NCBI GenBank assembly: GCA_964532595.1
Contig: CAZHIQ010000011.1
Span: forward strand, 5,249-69,248
Origin: an uncultured Roseivirgaceae bacterium
Lineage (GTDB): Bacteria; Bacteroidota; Bacteroidia; Cytophagales; Cyclobacteriaceae
DNA: 64,000 bases
Direction of reading: 5' to 3'
Below the pieces are notes generated by a model. That model ran no database searches and was not told where the DNA came from. It was given only the letters and a program-made list of their open reading frames with translations. The position numbers were made by a program, and so were the translations under genes. Positions 30,143 through 39,123 of this stretch are shown one piece after another. The stretch's first letter is position 1; each line of letters begins with the position of its first letter.

Positions 30143-32053
30143 CTAGCGCGATTTCTGCAACCTCGACGCGTCATCATAGACCAGAACCCCTTCGTCAACC
30201 ATCTCGCGCACTGCGTCGACAAACAATTCACTATCAGCGGGGTTAACAGCTTTTTCCAACTGGTCGATGGTGAGCGATTTTCCGTCTATGATCTTCAATA
30301 TGATCTCGCGTATCGTCTTAAAAGCACCTTGATTCTCACTACGTCGTTTTGAAATGCACACATCGCAAATTCCGCAGGTTACCTCTGTGTGTTCATTAAA
30401 ATAGTCCTGCATAACCTGCATGCGACAACGGAACGACTGGGTTGCATACTCAGTCATAGCGTTCATCTTGCCAAAAATGAGCTCTCTCCGCATCTCCAGC
30501 CGCTGAATGTCAAGCGGAAGGTGGTCTACATCCTGACGGGGAATAACAAAAGTAACCTGAGGTCGTTCATTTGAGGGCGTGTACACAAGTATTCGAAGCT
30601 CATGCAGATGGTTCAACATCTCGACGACCACCGGTCGTGATACCTTGAGTCCTTTGGCAATCAACGCTTCATCTATCCGTGCAAAAGAGGAGAAAATCTC
30701 ACCGCCATACAGCCTTAGCAACGTCTTGATAATGGGATCAAAGCGGGCATTAGCGACCTGAAACTCATAAAGGCGCGTGCTGTCCACAAGCACCTGCACG
30801 GCCGACGGGTTAAAGAAACTCTCATTGAAATGAATCAAGCCCTCCTCTTCCAACTTTCGCAGACCATTAAATACTTCTACAGGAACAAGTCTGAAGCGAT
30901 CGCAAAACTCGTGCATATCAAAATCGAAACTCTCCCCTTCGGCGCTTCCGACAGCAATCTGATAGTGGTTGGCCAGGCTTTGATAGAGCACCCGAAGGTA
31001 CTCAACCGGAGGTTGCGACTGCTTTACTTTTGCCTCCAGGCTGGAAACGTCGGCTTCCTGATACAATACTGCCGCGTAAGCACGCAAACCATCGCGTCCG
31101 GCGCGTCCCGCCTCCTGATAATAAGATTCAAGGTTCTCAGGTAAATCCAGATGAACGACCAGTCGGACATCGGGCTTGTCAATACCCATTCCGAATGCAT
31201 TGGTCGCCACCATGACCCTTGTCCGATTTTGAATCCAGTCGTCCTGCCTCCGCGTACGCTCTTCGAACGTCAAGCCTGCATGATAAAACGATGAGGGGCA
31301 TTGATGCCGTTGCAACCAACCTGCGAGCTCTACGGTCGCTTTCCTGGAGCGAACATAAACGATAGCACTTCCGGGTACCTTGCGCAGAATATCCAGCAAC
31401 TTTTCGCCTTTGTTATCGGTCTTGCGAACAACAAACGAAAGATTATCGCGAGCAAATGACTTCCGGAAGAATGCATAGCCTTCAGCGAATCGCAACTTCT
31501 CGGCAATATCCGTTTGCACTTGAGCCGTCGCGGATGCCGTGAGCGCTATTACCGGAACGTCGGGAACAAGATCGCGCAGGGTTGCTATTTGCAGGTAGGG
31601 CGGACGAAAGTCATAACCCCATTGGGAAATACAGTGGGCCTCATCAACGGCGATAAGGCCGACTTTCATCTGTTTGAACCGGGCGATGAAGAGTTCGGTC
31701 TGCAATCGTTCGGGCGACACGTAGAGAAACTTCGTATCCCCGTAGATCGCATTGTCGAGCAGGAGATCGATCGCGTCCCGCCTGAGCCCCGAATGGATGG
31801 CCACAGCTGGAATGCCCCTCCGTCTGAGTTGTTCAACCTGATCCTTCATCAGGGCAATCAGAGGAGAAACAACAATGCAGATTCCATCGCGCAGCATCGC
31901 GGGTACCTGAAAGCATACCGATTTCCCTCCCCCTGTAGGAAGAAGGGCAAGGGTATCTTTTCCAGACACTACAGCGTTAATAATTTCTTCCTGCAGAGGT
32001 CGGAAGTGCTCGTACCCCCAATATTTCCTGAGAACGGATAATGGTGTCTCCAC
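30143..32053 (-). CDS. recQ: RecQ-family ATP-dependent DNA helicase
   Basis: PTGGGKS, VDEAHCISQWGYDFRP, ATNAFGMGIDK, QEAGRAGRDG, CRMQ...CGICDVC Zn site. Confidence 0.95.
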   Translation of the reverse strand: METPLSVLRKYWGYEHFRPLQEEIINAVVSGKDTLALLPTGGGKSVCFQVPAMLRDGICIVVSPLIALMKDQVEQLRRRGIPAVAIHSGLRRDAIDLLLDNAIYGDTKFLYVSPERLQTELFIARFKQMKVGLIAVDEAHCISQWGYDFRPPYLQIATLRDLVPDVPVIALTASATAQVQTDIAEKLRFAEGYAFFRKSFARDNLSFVVRKTDNKGEKLLDILRKVPGSAIVYVRSRKATVELAGWLQRHQCPSSFYHAGLTFEERTRRQDDWIQNRTRVMVATNAFGMGIDKPDVRLVVHLDLPENLESYYQEAGRAGRDGLRAYAAVLYQEADVSSLEAKVKQSQPPVEYLRVLYQSLANHYQIAVGSAEGESFDFDMHEFCDRFRLVPVEVFNGLRKLEEEGLIHFNESFFNPSAVQVLVDSTRLYEFQVANARFDPIIKTLLRLYGGEIFSSFARIDEALIAKGLKVSRPVVVEMLNHLHELRILVYTPSNERPQVTFVIPRQDVDHLPLDIQRLEMRRELIFGKMNAMTEYATQSFRCRMQVMQDYFNEHTEVTCGICDVCISKRRSENQGAFKTIREIILKIIDGKSLTIDQLEKAVNPADSELFVDAVREMVDEGVLVYDDASRLQKSR

Positions 32054-32151
32054 GCTATCTGCAATGACAATTCACCAAGTTACAAAGAAATATCCACCGT
32101 TGAAGGGACCCGACGCTCGCAGGGATCAGGTTTTCCTGATGAACATCCGCC

Positions 32152-32592
32152 CTAGTCTTTAAGGAGGACCGCATCAATCAGAATGAAATTGATGTGGTCT
32201 GGATCATCGACATTGAGTCTGAGTTTTCCACGCACAGTAATCAGGTCGTCGACCCGGAATCGCTCCGGCCGGCCGGCGAAGTTTACTTCAGCAACCGACT
32301 CAGGTCCTCCGCCACCACAAAAGAAACACTGACTCATCGGATACTTCGAAACGATGATATAGTCATCACCTTCGGGAGCAAAGGGAACATAATAACCCGT
32401 CAGGGTGACCTCCTTTCCTTCCAACTGAAGCACTTCCTGAGGAAACTTCGGATAGAATATATACTCCCCCAACGATTCATCGAACTTTGGCTCAAACTGC
32501 GTCTTCGAGAATACGTGCCACATATCGCGCGTCTGCCCCAACGCAGTCATAAAGGTGAGGAAGAAGCAACTGGTCAAAAACAACCTTCGCAT
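32152..32592 (-). CDS. DUF3299 family protein
   Basis: LEGKEVTLTGYYVP, PMSQCFFCGGGGPES, VRGKLRLN. Confidence 0.85.
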   Translation of the reverse strand: MRRLFLTSCFFLTFMTALGQTRDMWHVFSKTQFEPKFDESLGEYIFYPKFPQEVLQLEGKEVTLTGYYVPFAPEGDDYIIVSKYPMSQCFFCGGGGPESVAEVNFAGRPERFRVDDLITVRGKLRLNVDDPDHINFILIDAVLLKD

Positions 32593-32603
32593 AATTTCGT
32601 TTT

Positions 32604-33833
32604 TTATTGTCGGGAGAGTACCTGTGCTATATCAACCCGATAAGCCTGCCAGGCAGGAATCATCGCACATATCGACCCCAATAACAAACTTCCACCCAAA
32701 AGTATTCCTTCTTCGGGATAGAAGACGAGACCTGTGATACCCGACCGTGAGGCGGTTTCCATGAAAATTTCCATTGCCACAAGGACACTGTGTCCCCAAA
32801 TCAACCCGATACTACAACCAAGCAAAGTGAGCAAAACCCCTTCAACAAGAAGCACGAGAAATACGCGCTTCCGCGACGCACCCATTGATCTCATTATGGC
32901 AATGTCGAACCGGCGTTCTTTCAAAGAGTTGTACAAGGCTATGAAGATGCTCAACGCCGAGATAACAATAAGAACCACTGCAAACCCTTCGAGGATATCG
33001 GCACCCACACCGATTATGGAAAAAAGGCGAGCAGTTTCAAATGCCGGCGATGCAGCCTGAAGCGAAGTCTGGGTATTGATAAGCCGCGGGAGTTGAAGCG
33101 CCCCCATGGCCGACCGGTATTGAACCAGCAGTCCTGTTATCTCATAGGTAGAGTCTGCGGCAGACACCGACGGAACAAGTCTCGACGGTGAATCGTTCGA
33201 TACCTCAACAGCAATGTAGAGATCATGCACGTGCCAGATACTTTCGACCGACGTAAGAATCAGGTTGTCGACTACGGTTTGTGTTGGCGCGAGTATTCCT
33301 TTTACAACGAATGGATGTGCATCATGCGAATGACCGTCACCAGACATTCCGTGACTACTGTTAAAAGTATCGCCGAGAGAAAGCTGTAACGCTCGGGCTA
33401 CCGCTGACCCAAGGGTGACCTCCATGGGATTCTCCCACCACGTTCCGCTATTTAGCGTTCCGCCATAATGCTCGACGTAAGCACGCGTGGTCCCCACGAT
33501 TCGATATCCCAGATAACTATCACCGAGGGCCATGGGAATCGCCTGCTTTACCAGCCGGTTGCGGGCTATACGTTCCGCTTCGTACAGCTTGATATTGCCT
33601 GTCGGGAAATCGATATGAAAGATGTTGCAAAGGATAAGTTGCATGGGACTTCCCTTCGCCCCTACTACCAAATCAATGCCCCTTGCATTGGTATCGATCC
33701 TATCCCGAAGTTGGTGTCCAATCACAATGAGGATCGTTACGACGGCCGTTCCTAAACCCAGGAGAACAATATTCAACACCGTATTCAGCGGGCGAGCCCG
33801 GAGGTAGCGCCAGACCAGAAATAGCAGATTCAT
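32604..33833 (-). CDS. ABC transporter permease (MacB/FtsX-like)
   Basis: GIDLVVGAKGSPMQLIL, periplasmic domain with His-rich loop, ERRFDIAIMRSMGA, AMIPAWQAYR. Confidence 0.92.
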   Translation of the reverse strand: MNLLFLVWRYLRARPLNTVLNIVLLGLGTAVVTILIVIGHQLRDRIDTNARGIDLVVGAKGSPMQLILCNIFHIDFPTGNIKLYEAERIARNRLVKQAIPMALGDSYLGYRIVGTTRAYVEHYGGTLNSGTWWENPMEVTLGSAVARALQLSLGDTFNSSHGMSGDGHSHDAHPFVVKGILAPTQTVVDNLILTSVESIWHVHDLYIAVEVSNDSPSRLVPSVSAADSTYEITGLLVQYRSAMGALQLPRLINTQTSLQAASPAFETARLFSIIGVGADILEGFAVVLIVISALSIFIALYNSLKERRFDIAIMRSMGASRKRVFLVLLVEGVLLTLLGCSIGLIWGHSVLVAMEIFMETASRSGITGLVFYPEEGILLGGSLLLGSICAMIPAWQAYRVDIAQVLSRQ

Positions 33834-33835
33834 AT

Positions 33836-34471
33836 TCAACCCTTCGTTACCGAAACTTGTTTCTCAATGAGTGACTTCAATCGCTGATCGTGGGTAGCGA
33901 CAAGCAAAGTACTATTATTCCTACGCGACGCCTCGAGAAGCATCCCAATAACGCGGTCACAGTTCAGATCATCGAGCGCCGACGTGGGCTCATCCGCCAG
34001 GATAACGGCGGGCTTGTTGACCAATGCGCGGGCGATAGCCACTCGCTGTGCCTGACCGTGACTGATGCGGTGTACCGGTTTATCGGCAAGTTCAAGAACA
34101 CCCAATGCATCAAGCACCGCGTCGATACGATTTGAATCTTGCGTGTATCCTGCTAGCCACGGTGCCATCATGAGGTTCTGGCGTACCGTAAGAGAACTGA
34201 TGAGGTGGTTACGTTGAAAAACGAAACCTATGTTTGCGGCGCGGAACTTGTCAAGCGCATCCGCCGGCAGCGTTGTCAGGTCCTGGCTGTTAACAATCAC
34301 ACTCCCTGTCGATGCACGCATCAACCCACCGATCAGATGAAGTAACGTTGTCTTTCCGCTCCCGGAGTTTCCCAGTAACAGACAAGCTTCACCGCGTCCG
34401 ACAGAAAAGTCGGGAAAATCGAGATTATTCTCGCTACCGTAGCGAAAGCTCAAGTCTTTAACTTCGATCAT
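33836..34471 (-). CDS. ABC transporter ATP-binding protein
   Basis: GNSGSGKT, ISHGQAQR, ILADEPT, VATHD. Confidence 0.95.
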   Translation of the reverse strand: MIEVKDLSFRYGSENNLDFPDFSVGRGEACLLLGNSGSGKTTLLHLIGGLMRASTGSVIVNSQDLTTLPADALDKFRAANIGFVFQRNHLISSLTVRQNLMMAPWLAGYTQDSNRIDAVLDALGVLELADKPVHRISHGQAQRVAIARALVNKPAVILADEPTSALDDLNCDRVIGMLLEASRRNNSTLLVATHDQRLKSLIEKQVSVTKG

Positions 34472-34523
34472 GTCCTCCTAAAAAGGTGAATATAGCAAAA
34501 AACGTTGCGACCGACGGGATGTG

Positions 34524-35630
34524 TTACATAAAGAACTCGATCTCCACCCTGCGGTTGAGTCGGCGATCTTCTGCGGACGCCCCAGAAACCACGGGCATGG
34601 TTTCACCGTAACCACGCGTAACAATTCTGTTTACATCGATCCCTTGCGTCACCAGGTAGGCCGCGACGCTGCGCGCGCGTCGTAATGACAGTTCCATGTT
34701 ATAAGATGGATCTCCAACATCGTCCGTATGTCCCGATAACCTCAGCTTGAGACGTGGATTACGTCGCATATGTCGGACGACGTAATTGAGTTCACTGTAC
34801 GACCCAGGCAACAACTCATGACTATTGAAAGCAAACTGAATATTGTTTAGAACGTATGCCGTATTGAGGCGCGGTTCAGCGTCGGTCAGGACCGTCGGAG
34901 GCTCGGTCTTGTCTCCGTCTTGAAACAAGGGAAGCAGGCGCACATCATCGATATAGTAGTAGGCAGCATCGGCAAGCATCGGCTCCTGAGCAGGACGGAA
35001 GCGAATGTAATACCTCTTCGTTTCCGAGTCCTTATCGAAATTTCCAATAGTCAGAAACTGTTCCCCTCCGGCCGCGCGGAATTCCCCTACCGCTTCTTCC
35101 CATGAACCGGTTTCCGGAGTAAGAGCCGAGTCTTTCACGAATGCAAGGGTCGGAGAAATCTTCAGCCTACCGTCTCCCGAGACAGTGGCGAGACTATCGG
35201 AAACAAGTACTGCAATACGATCAATACTGTACTTCGAGTATGAGGAAAGCTTGTATCGAAATTCAATGCGATAGAGTGAATCGCGGACCAGCGGTTCCGT
35301 GAGTTTGCAGTGAAGGTACTCCCTGTATTCCTTTAGCGAAAGAAACGTGTAGATTCCTGCATATCCTCTCCCCTGATAGGCATCGGAGACTCCGGCCCAG
35401 TTATAAGGGACAGCCGCCTCCCCCTCGCTACAGGCATTGAAATAATCGGGCGACCCGGATGTCAGAGCTCGCCACGACGGCAGTCGAAATTCAGTCGGGT
35501 TGCGACTAAAACTTCCGGGACAGGAAGTATACATTTCAAAGTCCCCGTTGGGTACCAGGTTCTGGCCAGAGGCACTATATGCCAACATCCCCAACAGCGT
35601 GACCATTATCGCCGCACGAACTCCCGCCAA
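34524..35630 (-). CDS. OmpA-family peptidoglycan-binding protein with an N-terminal beta-sandwich domain
   Basis: QNLVPNGDFE start; C-terminal NIQF, SGHTD, NMELSLRRA, GYGE, NRRVEI; start codon uncertain. Confidence 0.88.
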   Translation of the reverse strand: MAGVRAAIMVTLLGMLAYSASGQNLVPNGDFEMYTSCPGSFSRNPTEFRLPSWRALTSGSPDYFNACSEGEAAVPYNWAGVSDAYQGRGYAGIYTFLSLKEYREYLHCKLTEPLVRDSLYRIEFRYKLSSYSKYSIDRIAVLVSDSLATVSGDGRLKISPTLAFVKDSALTPETGSWEEAVGEFRAAGGEQFLTIGNFDKDSETKRYYIRFRPAQEPMLADAAYYYIDDVRLLPLFQDGDKTEPPTVLTDAEPRLNTAYVLNNIQFAFNSHELLPGSYSELNYVVRHMRRNPRLKLRLSGHTDDVGDPSYNMELSLRRARSVAAYLVTQGIDVNRIVTRGYGETMPVVSGASAEDRRLNRRVEIEFFM

Positions 35631-35639
35631 CTCCGCGTG

Positions 35640-36755
35640 CTATTTGTAATACGTCACCTCAACACGAAACCGGGGATCGATCGCTCCAAGGCGGTCGTAA
35701 GCCGATTTCGAAATCCGAATAATAACTTTATCTGTCATCGAGGTGTCAGGGAGCTTACCCATCACACGAACGAATACCTCGCGGTTGTTCATCTCGTTAC
35801 GAACCTTAAGAATCGTCCCCATTGGCGCCGTGCGATGCAGCGCCAGGTACTTGCGATTGCCATCGGTCCCTTCGATCAGTTCGGCAAGTCCGGCCTCAAC
35901 AATTTCATCCCCGCTTTTCAGCGACTCTGAAATACGAATAGACTCAGCCGATTGCCCGGTTACCGGCGAAGGCACGTTGCGCTGAGGCTCGCTTGATTCC
36001 GCTGGCGGCGTCATAGCCACAACGGGAGCCTGCTCGGCCACAGTACTTTTCTCTTCTACCGGACGCGGAGACTCGACAGGAGATGCCGGCGCAGTAGTCT
36101 GTTGCGCCACTTCCGATCGTTCTGGTTGGGCGACATATAACGTTTGACCTACACGCAGCTCGTTCCCCTGCAGATTATTCCACTGACGAATTTCTTCAAC
36201 AGTAACGCCGTACTGACGTGAGATGGCGTATAGCGTTTGTCCGCTTTCAACGGTGTGTACCCCCTTGCGAACCATTTGCACCGGTTGAGATTGAACTGGT
36301 TGGGATTGCACTGGCTGGGATTGCACTGGTGCAGCTCCGGTGCTCCTGATAATCAGCTCCTGACCGACAGAAATGGTATTATCCGAAAGGTTGTTCGCCC
36401 GACGGATTTCGTCTGGCGACACGTTGTACTTTCTCGAAATAGCATACAGGGTTTCTCCCTGAACCACCTTGTGTACCCGTCCTGAGGATTGCCCTGCCGG
36501 AAGGCGTACGGGGCGCGGCGTCCACGGCACCCGAAGAATCTGGCCTATCTCAAGTCCGCTGCCAGCACTTGTGTTATGCTGAAGAATGGCGTCGACCGTA
36601 GTGCCATAGCGCCGGCTAATGCCAAAAAGCGTTTCCTTCTCTTCCACCCTGTGAATCACGAAGGTCTGGCCATTTATCGTTTCGATCCCCAGCGAATCGG
36701 TAGTCAGGGCAGGTTGATGAAAAGAAATGACAGCGAGAAACAGTAGTTTAATCAT
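35640..36755 (-). CDS. Triple-LysM protein with a C-terminal RlpA/DPBB-like domain
   Basis: Three H.V..GETL..ISR.Y LysM motifs; ALHRTAPMGTILKVRN...ISKSAYDRL C-terminus. Confidence 0.9.
   Translation of the reverse strand: MIKLLFLAVISFHQPALTTDSLGIETINGQTFVIHRVEEKETLFGISRRYGTTVDAILQHNTSAGSGLEIGQILRVPWTPRPVRLPAGQSSGRVHKVVQGETLYAISRKYNVSPDEIRRANNLSDNTISVGQELIIRSTGAAPVQSQPVQSQPVQSQPVQMVRKGVHTVESGQTLYAISRQYGVTVEEIRQWNNLQGNELRVGQTLYVAQPERSEVAQQTTAPASPVESPRPVEEKSTVAEQAPVVAMTPPAESSEPQRNVPSPVTGQSAESIRISESLKSGDEIVEAGLAELIEGTDGNRKYLALHRTAPMGTILKVRNEMNNREVFVRVMGKLPDTSMTDKVIIRISKSAYDRLGAIDPRFRVEVTYYK
36281..36329. repeat. Three imperfect 15-bp tandem units encoding (QSQPV)x3
   Basis: ccggttgagattgaa / ctggttgggattgca / ctggctgggattgca. 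Confidence 0.85.
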
Positions 36756-37531
36756 AATATCGTATAAGCTCTAAGCTCTGTTTTGTCTTTTATGAACATG
36801 AGATGACCTGAAAAGATGAAAAAAGTATCCAGAGCAACTCCCTTCAGGTTTTCACCCAATTTCTCCTGCAGCAAAAATTGACCTCCGTCATCGAATACCA
36901 ACAAATAGTTCGCCAATTCCGATTCCTGAACAAACGCGGAAATGATAATTAGTCCATTGTTTTCCAGGTACTCGATGCGCCGTAGTGGCGAAATACCCAT
37001 CCGGGTCTGCAAAAAATTACCAACGGTGTTAAAATGGTCCGTTGCCTCCTCATAATGAAACGGTCGAATTACTGTAAAATTTTGTGAATCTGCCAAATGT
37101 GATTCGGTGGAGCTGGTGAGATTTCCGGTGAACAGATCCAGCGCTACGAACTGGCCTGGATTTCGTGTATCCTGACCAATCACATACCGGGAAGTTGTTT
37201 CCGACAAGGCGAACCCATTTCTATACCAAAGCACTTTGTGCGCATTAACATCATAGGCGACAACGCTCTTCTTGTCGGGATTGTCTGTACCGGTGTACAC
37301 GGTTAGCAACAGGACATCACCCGCTGCGCCACCTAAACTGACCCACCAGGGCTCGTCGAAAATCTTGTCTTCGACCAGCCACTTGCCTGATGTCACCTCA
37401 ACACACGAGAACATCGCCGTCTTGTTTCCAGCATCACGTGTTTCGATAAACAACCGATCGCCGTTGGCGAGCATATTCCAAACAATCCCTGAAAAGGTGT
37501 GCGAAAAAGCGAGTGTGAGTGACGGTCCCAA
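36752..37531 (-). CDS. DUF4905 family protein (beta-propeller-like)
   Basis: FSGIVWNM, DEPWWVSL, GVALDTFFI; 4-nt overlap with the LysM gene; TTG start. Confidence 0.75.
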   Translation of the reverse strand: MGPSLTLAFSHTFSGIVWNMLANGDRLFIETRDAGNKTAMFSCVEVTSGKWLVEDKIFDEPWWVSLGGAAGDVLLLTVYTGTDNPDKKSVVAYDVNAHKVLWYRNGFALSETTSRYVIGQDTRNPGQFVALDLFTGNLTSSTESHLADSQNFTVIRPFHYEEATDHFNTVGNFLQTRMGISPLRRIEYLENNGLIIISAFVQESELANYLLVFDDGGQFLLQEKLGENLKGVALDTFFIFSGHLMFIKDKTELRAYTIL

Positions 37532-37583
37532 ATCTTTTTTTCAATAAGCCTGCGATTCACTACTTTTAGTGAATTCTAAAGGT

Positions 37584-38909
37584 ATGAAAAAATCGATCCT
37601 GTTGATGATGGCCGTTTTCTCGCTAAGCTTTGTTATGGCGCAGCAGAACATCATGGTGATGGAGATCAAAGACGTGATCGACCCACGCATGCACCGCTAT
37701 GTCGAGTTGGCACTCGCCGAGGCGAAAGCAATTGAAGCCGACCTCGTTGTCATTGAAATGGACACCTACGGGGGAACGTTAAACGACGCGAAGGAAATCG
37801 TTGATAAGATCATGCGTTTCCCGACACCTGTCTGGGTTTTCATCAACAGCGATGCCGCGTCCGCAGGCGCGTTGATATCCATCGCCTGTGATAGTATTTA
37901 TATGGCGCCTGGTGCCACCATAGGGGCTGCCACAGTGGTGGATGGGCAGGGACAAAAAGCTCCTGACAAATACCAGTCATACATGCGCTCTATAATGCGG
38001 GCAACGGCAGAGGAAAAAGGTCGCGACCCCAGCATCGCCGAGGGAATGGTCGATGAATCTTTGGAAATCGAGGGGGTGAAGAAAGCGGGGCAAGTTATTA
38101 CCTTCTCGACGTCAGAAGCCCTGCAGCATGGTTATTGTGAAGGGCGCGTCGAATCCATCCAAGCCATCCTCGAAAGAAACAATATTTCGGACTATAAACT
38201 TCATCGCTTCGAGCTTGGACTAACCGAGAAGATCATTGCGCTCGTCCTGAACCCTTTTGTCAGCAGTATTCTTATCCTGATCATCATAGCGGGCATCTAC
38301 TTTGAAATGCAAACTCCGGGGCTTGGATTTGCTGGATTGGCAGCCCTCATTGCCCTTATCCTGTACCTCGTGCCCCATTATTTGAACGGGCTGGCGGCTA
38401 ACTGGGAAATCATTGCGTTCATCATCGGCCTCGCGCTGATTGCCCTGGAAATCTTTGTCATCCCGGGTTTTGGGGTGGCGGGTATAGCAGGGCTGGTCCT
38501 GACAGTCGGGTCGTTGTTTCTGATTATGGTCGACAACGACTTTTTCGATTTCGAATTTGTTCCTCCGTCGCAACTCATTTATGCGCTGGTAGCAGCATTA
38601 GGGGGAACCCTTGGGGGTGTCCTCCTCCTTCTCGTAGCGGGCAGCAAACTTCCCGGGACGCGTTTCTTCAACCGCGTTGCCCTCACAGCCACACAGGAAC
38701 GCTCAGCGGGCTACGTATCCCTCCGATATGACGAACCCTTGGTTGGCAAGCAAGGAATTGCCGCGACTGTTCTCAGACCCGGGGGTAAGATCATGATTGA
38801 CGGAAAGCTTTACGACGCCACTACCCGGGGCGAGTATATTGAAAAAGGACAGCCCGTAGAGGTTCTAAGCGAGGAGGGCCCCTCTCTAAAAGTCAAATTA
38901 GTATCGTAA
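37584..38909 (+). CDS. nfeD: Long-form NfeD (ClpP-like domain, TM region, OB fold)
   Basis: IEMDTYGG, DAASAGALIS, ALEIFVIPGFGVAG, LRPGGKI. Confidence 0.9.
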   Translation: MKKSILLMMAVFSLSFVMAQQNIMVMEIKDVIDPRMHRYVELALAEAKAIEADLVVIEMDTYGGTLNDAKEIVDKIMRFPTPVWVFINSDAASAGALISIACDSIYMAPGATIGAATVVDGQGQKAPDKYQSYMRSIMRATAEEKGRDPSIAEGMVDESLEIEGVKKAGQVITFSTSEALQHGYCEGRVESIQAILERNNISDYKLHRFELGLTEKIIALVLNPFVSSILILIIIAGIYFEMQTPGLGFAGLAALIALILYLVPHYLNGLAANWEIIAFIIGLALIALEIFVIPGFGVAGIAGLVLTVGSLFLIMVDNDFFDFEFVPPSQLIYALVAALGGTLGGVLLLLVAGSKLPGTRFFNRVALTATQERSAGYVSLRYDEPLVGKQGIAATVLRPGGKIMIDGKLYDATTRGEYIEKGQPVEVLSEEGPSLKVKLVS

Positions 38910-38926
38910 ATTTCCCCCCGGCTTTG

Positions 38927-38934
38927 TAACTTTG
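38927..38934 (+). promoter_or_regulatory. -7 promoter box TAACTTTG (slyD leader)
   Basis: Exact TAnnTTTG match 17 nt after the nfeD stop and ~190 nt above the slyD ATG. Confidence 0.65.
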
Positions 38935-38940
38935 CCCATA

Positions 38941-39072
38941 CCTGACCGCAGTTAAGCGCGTATCGGCCATATAAACTAGACTGGATCGACCTCCCTGTAA
39001 GTCATCCTTACTGCAACCAGGGAACCGTCCTTTATAGACCTTCGCGAATTGAATTCCTGGAACCGCTGATCG
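38941..39072 (+). ncRNA. Candidate structured 5' leader (cis-regulatory RNA) of slyD
   Basis: Hand-found helices TATAAA/TTTATA, GGAT/GTCC, TCCCT/AGGGA, GTAAG/CTTAC plus an outer CG(T)ATCGGC/GCTGATCG; no ATG-initiated ORF in the leader. Confidence 0.45.
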
Positions 39073-39123
39073 TACCCCCTCGGCACTCGTAAATATTTAA
39101 AACACAAACAAACACGTTCATTT

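Noticed and set aside
34472-34479. AGGAGG Shine-Dalgarno-like motif before the ABC ATPase
   Set aside because: Only 2 nt from the ATG, too close to function, and SD use is rare in this phylum
38935-39123. 6S RNA or a known riboswitch (NiCo, SAM, TPP, cobalamin) in the slyD leader
   Set aside because: I could not match the conserved cores by eye, there is no terminator before slyD and no end-to-end rod; kept only as an unassigned structured leader
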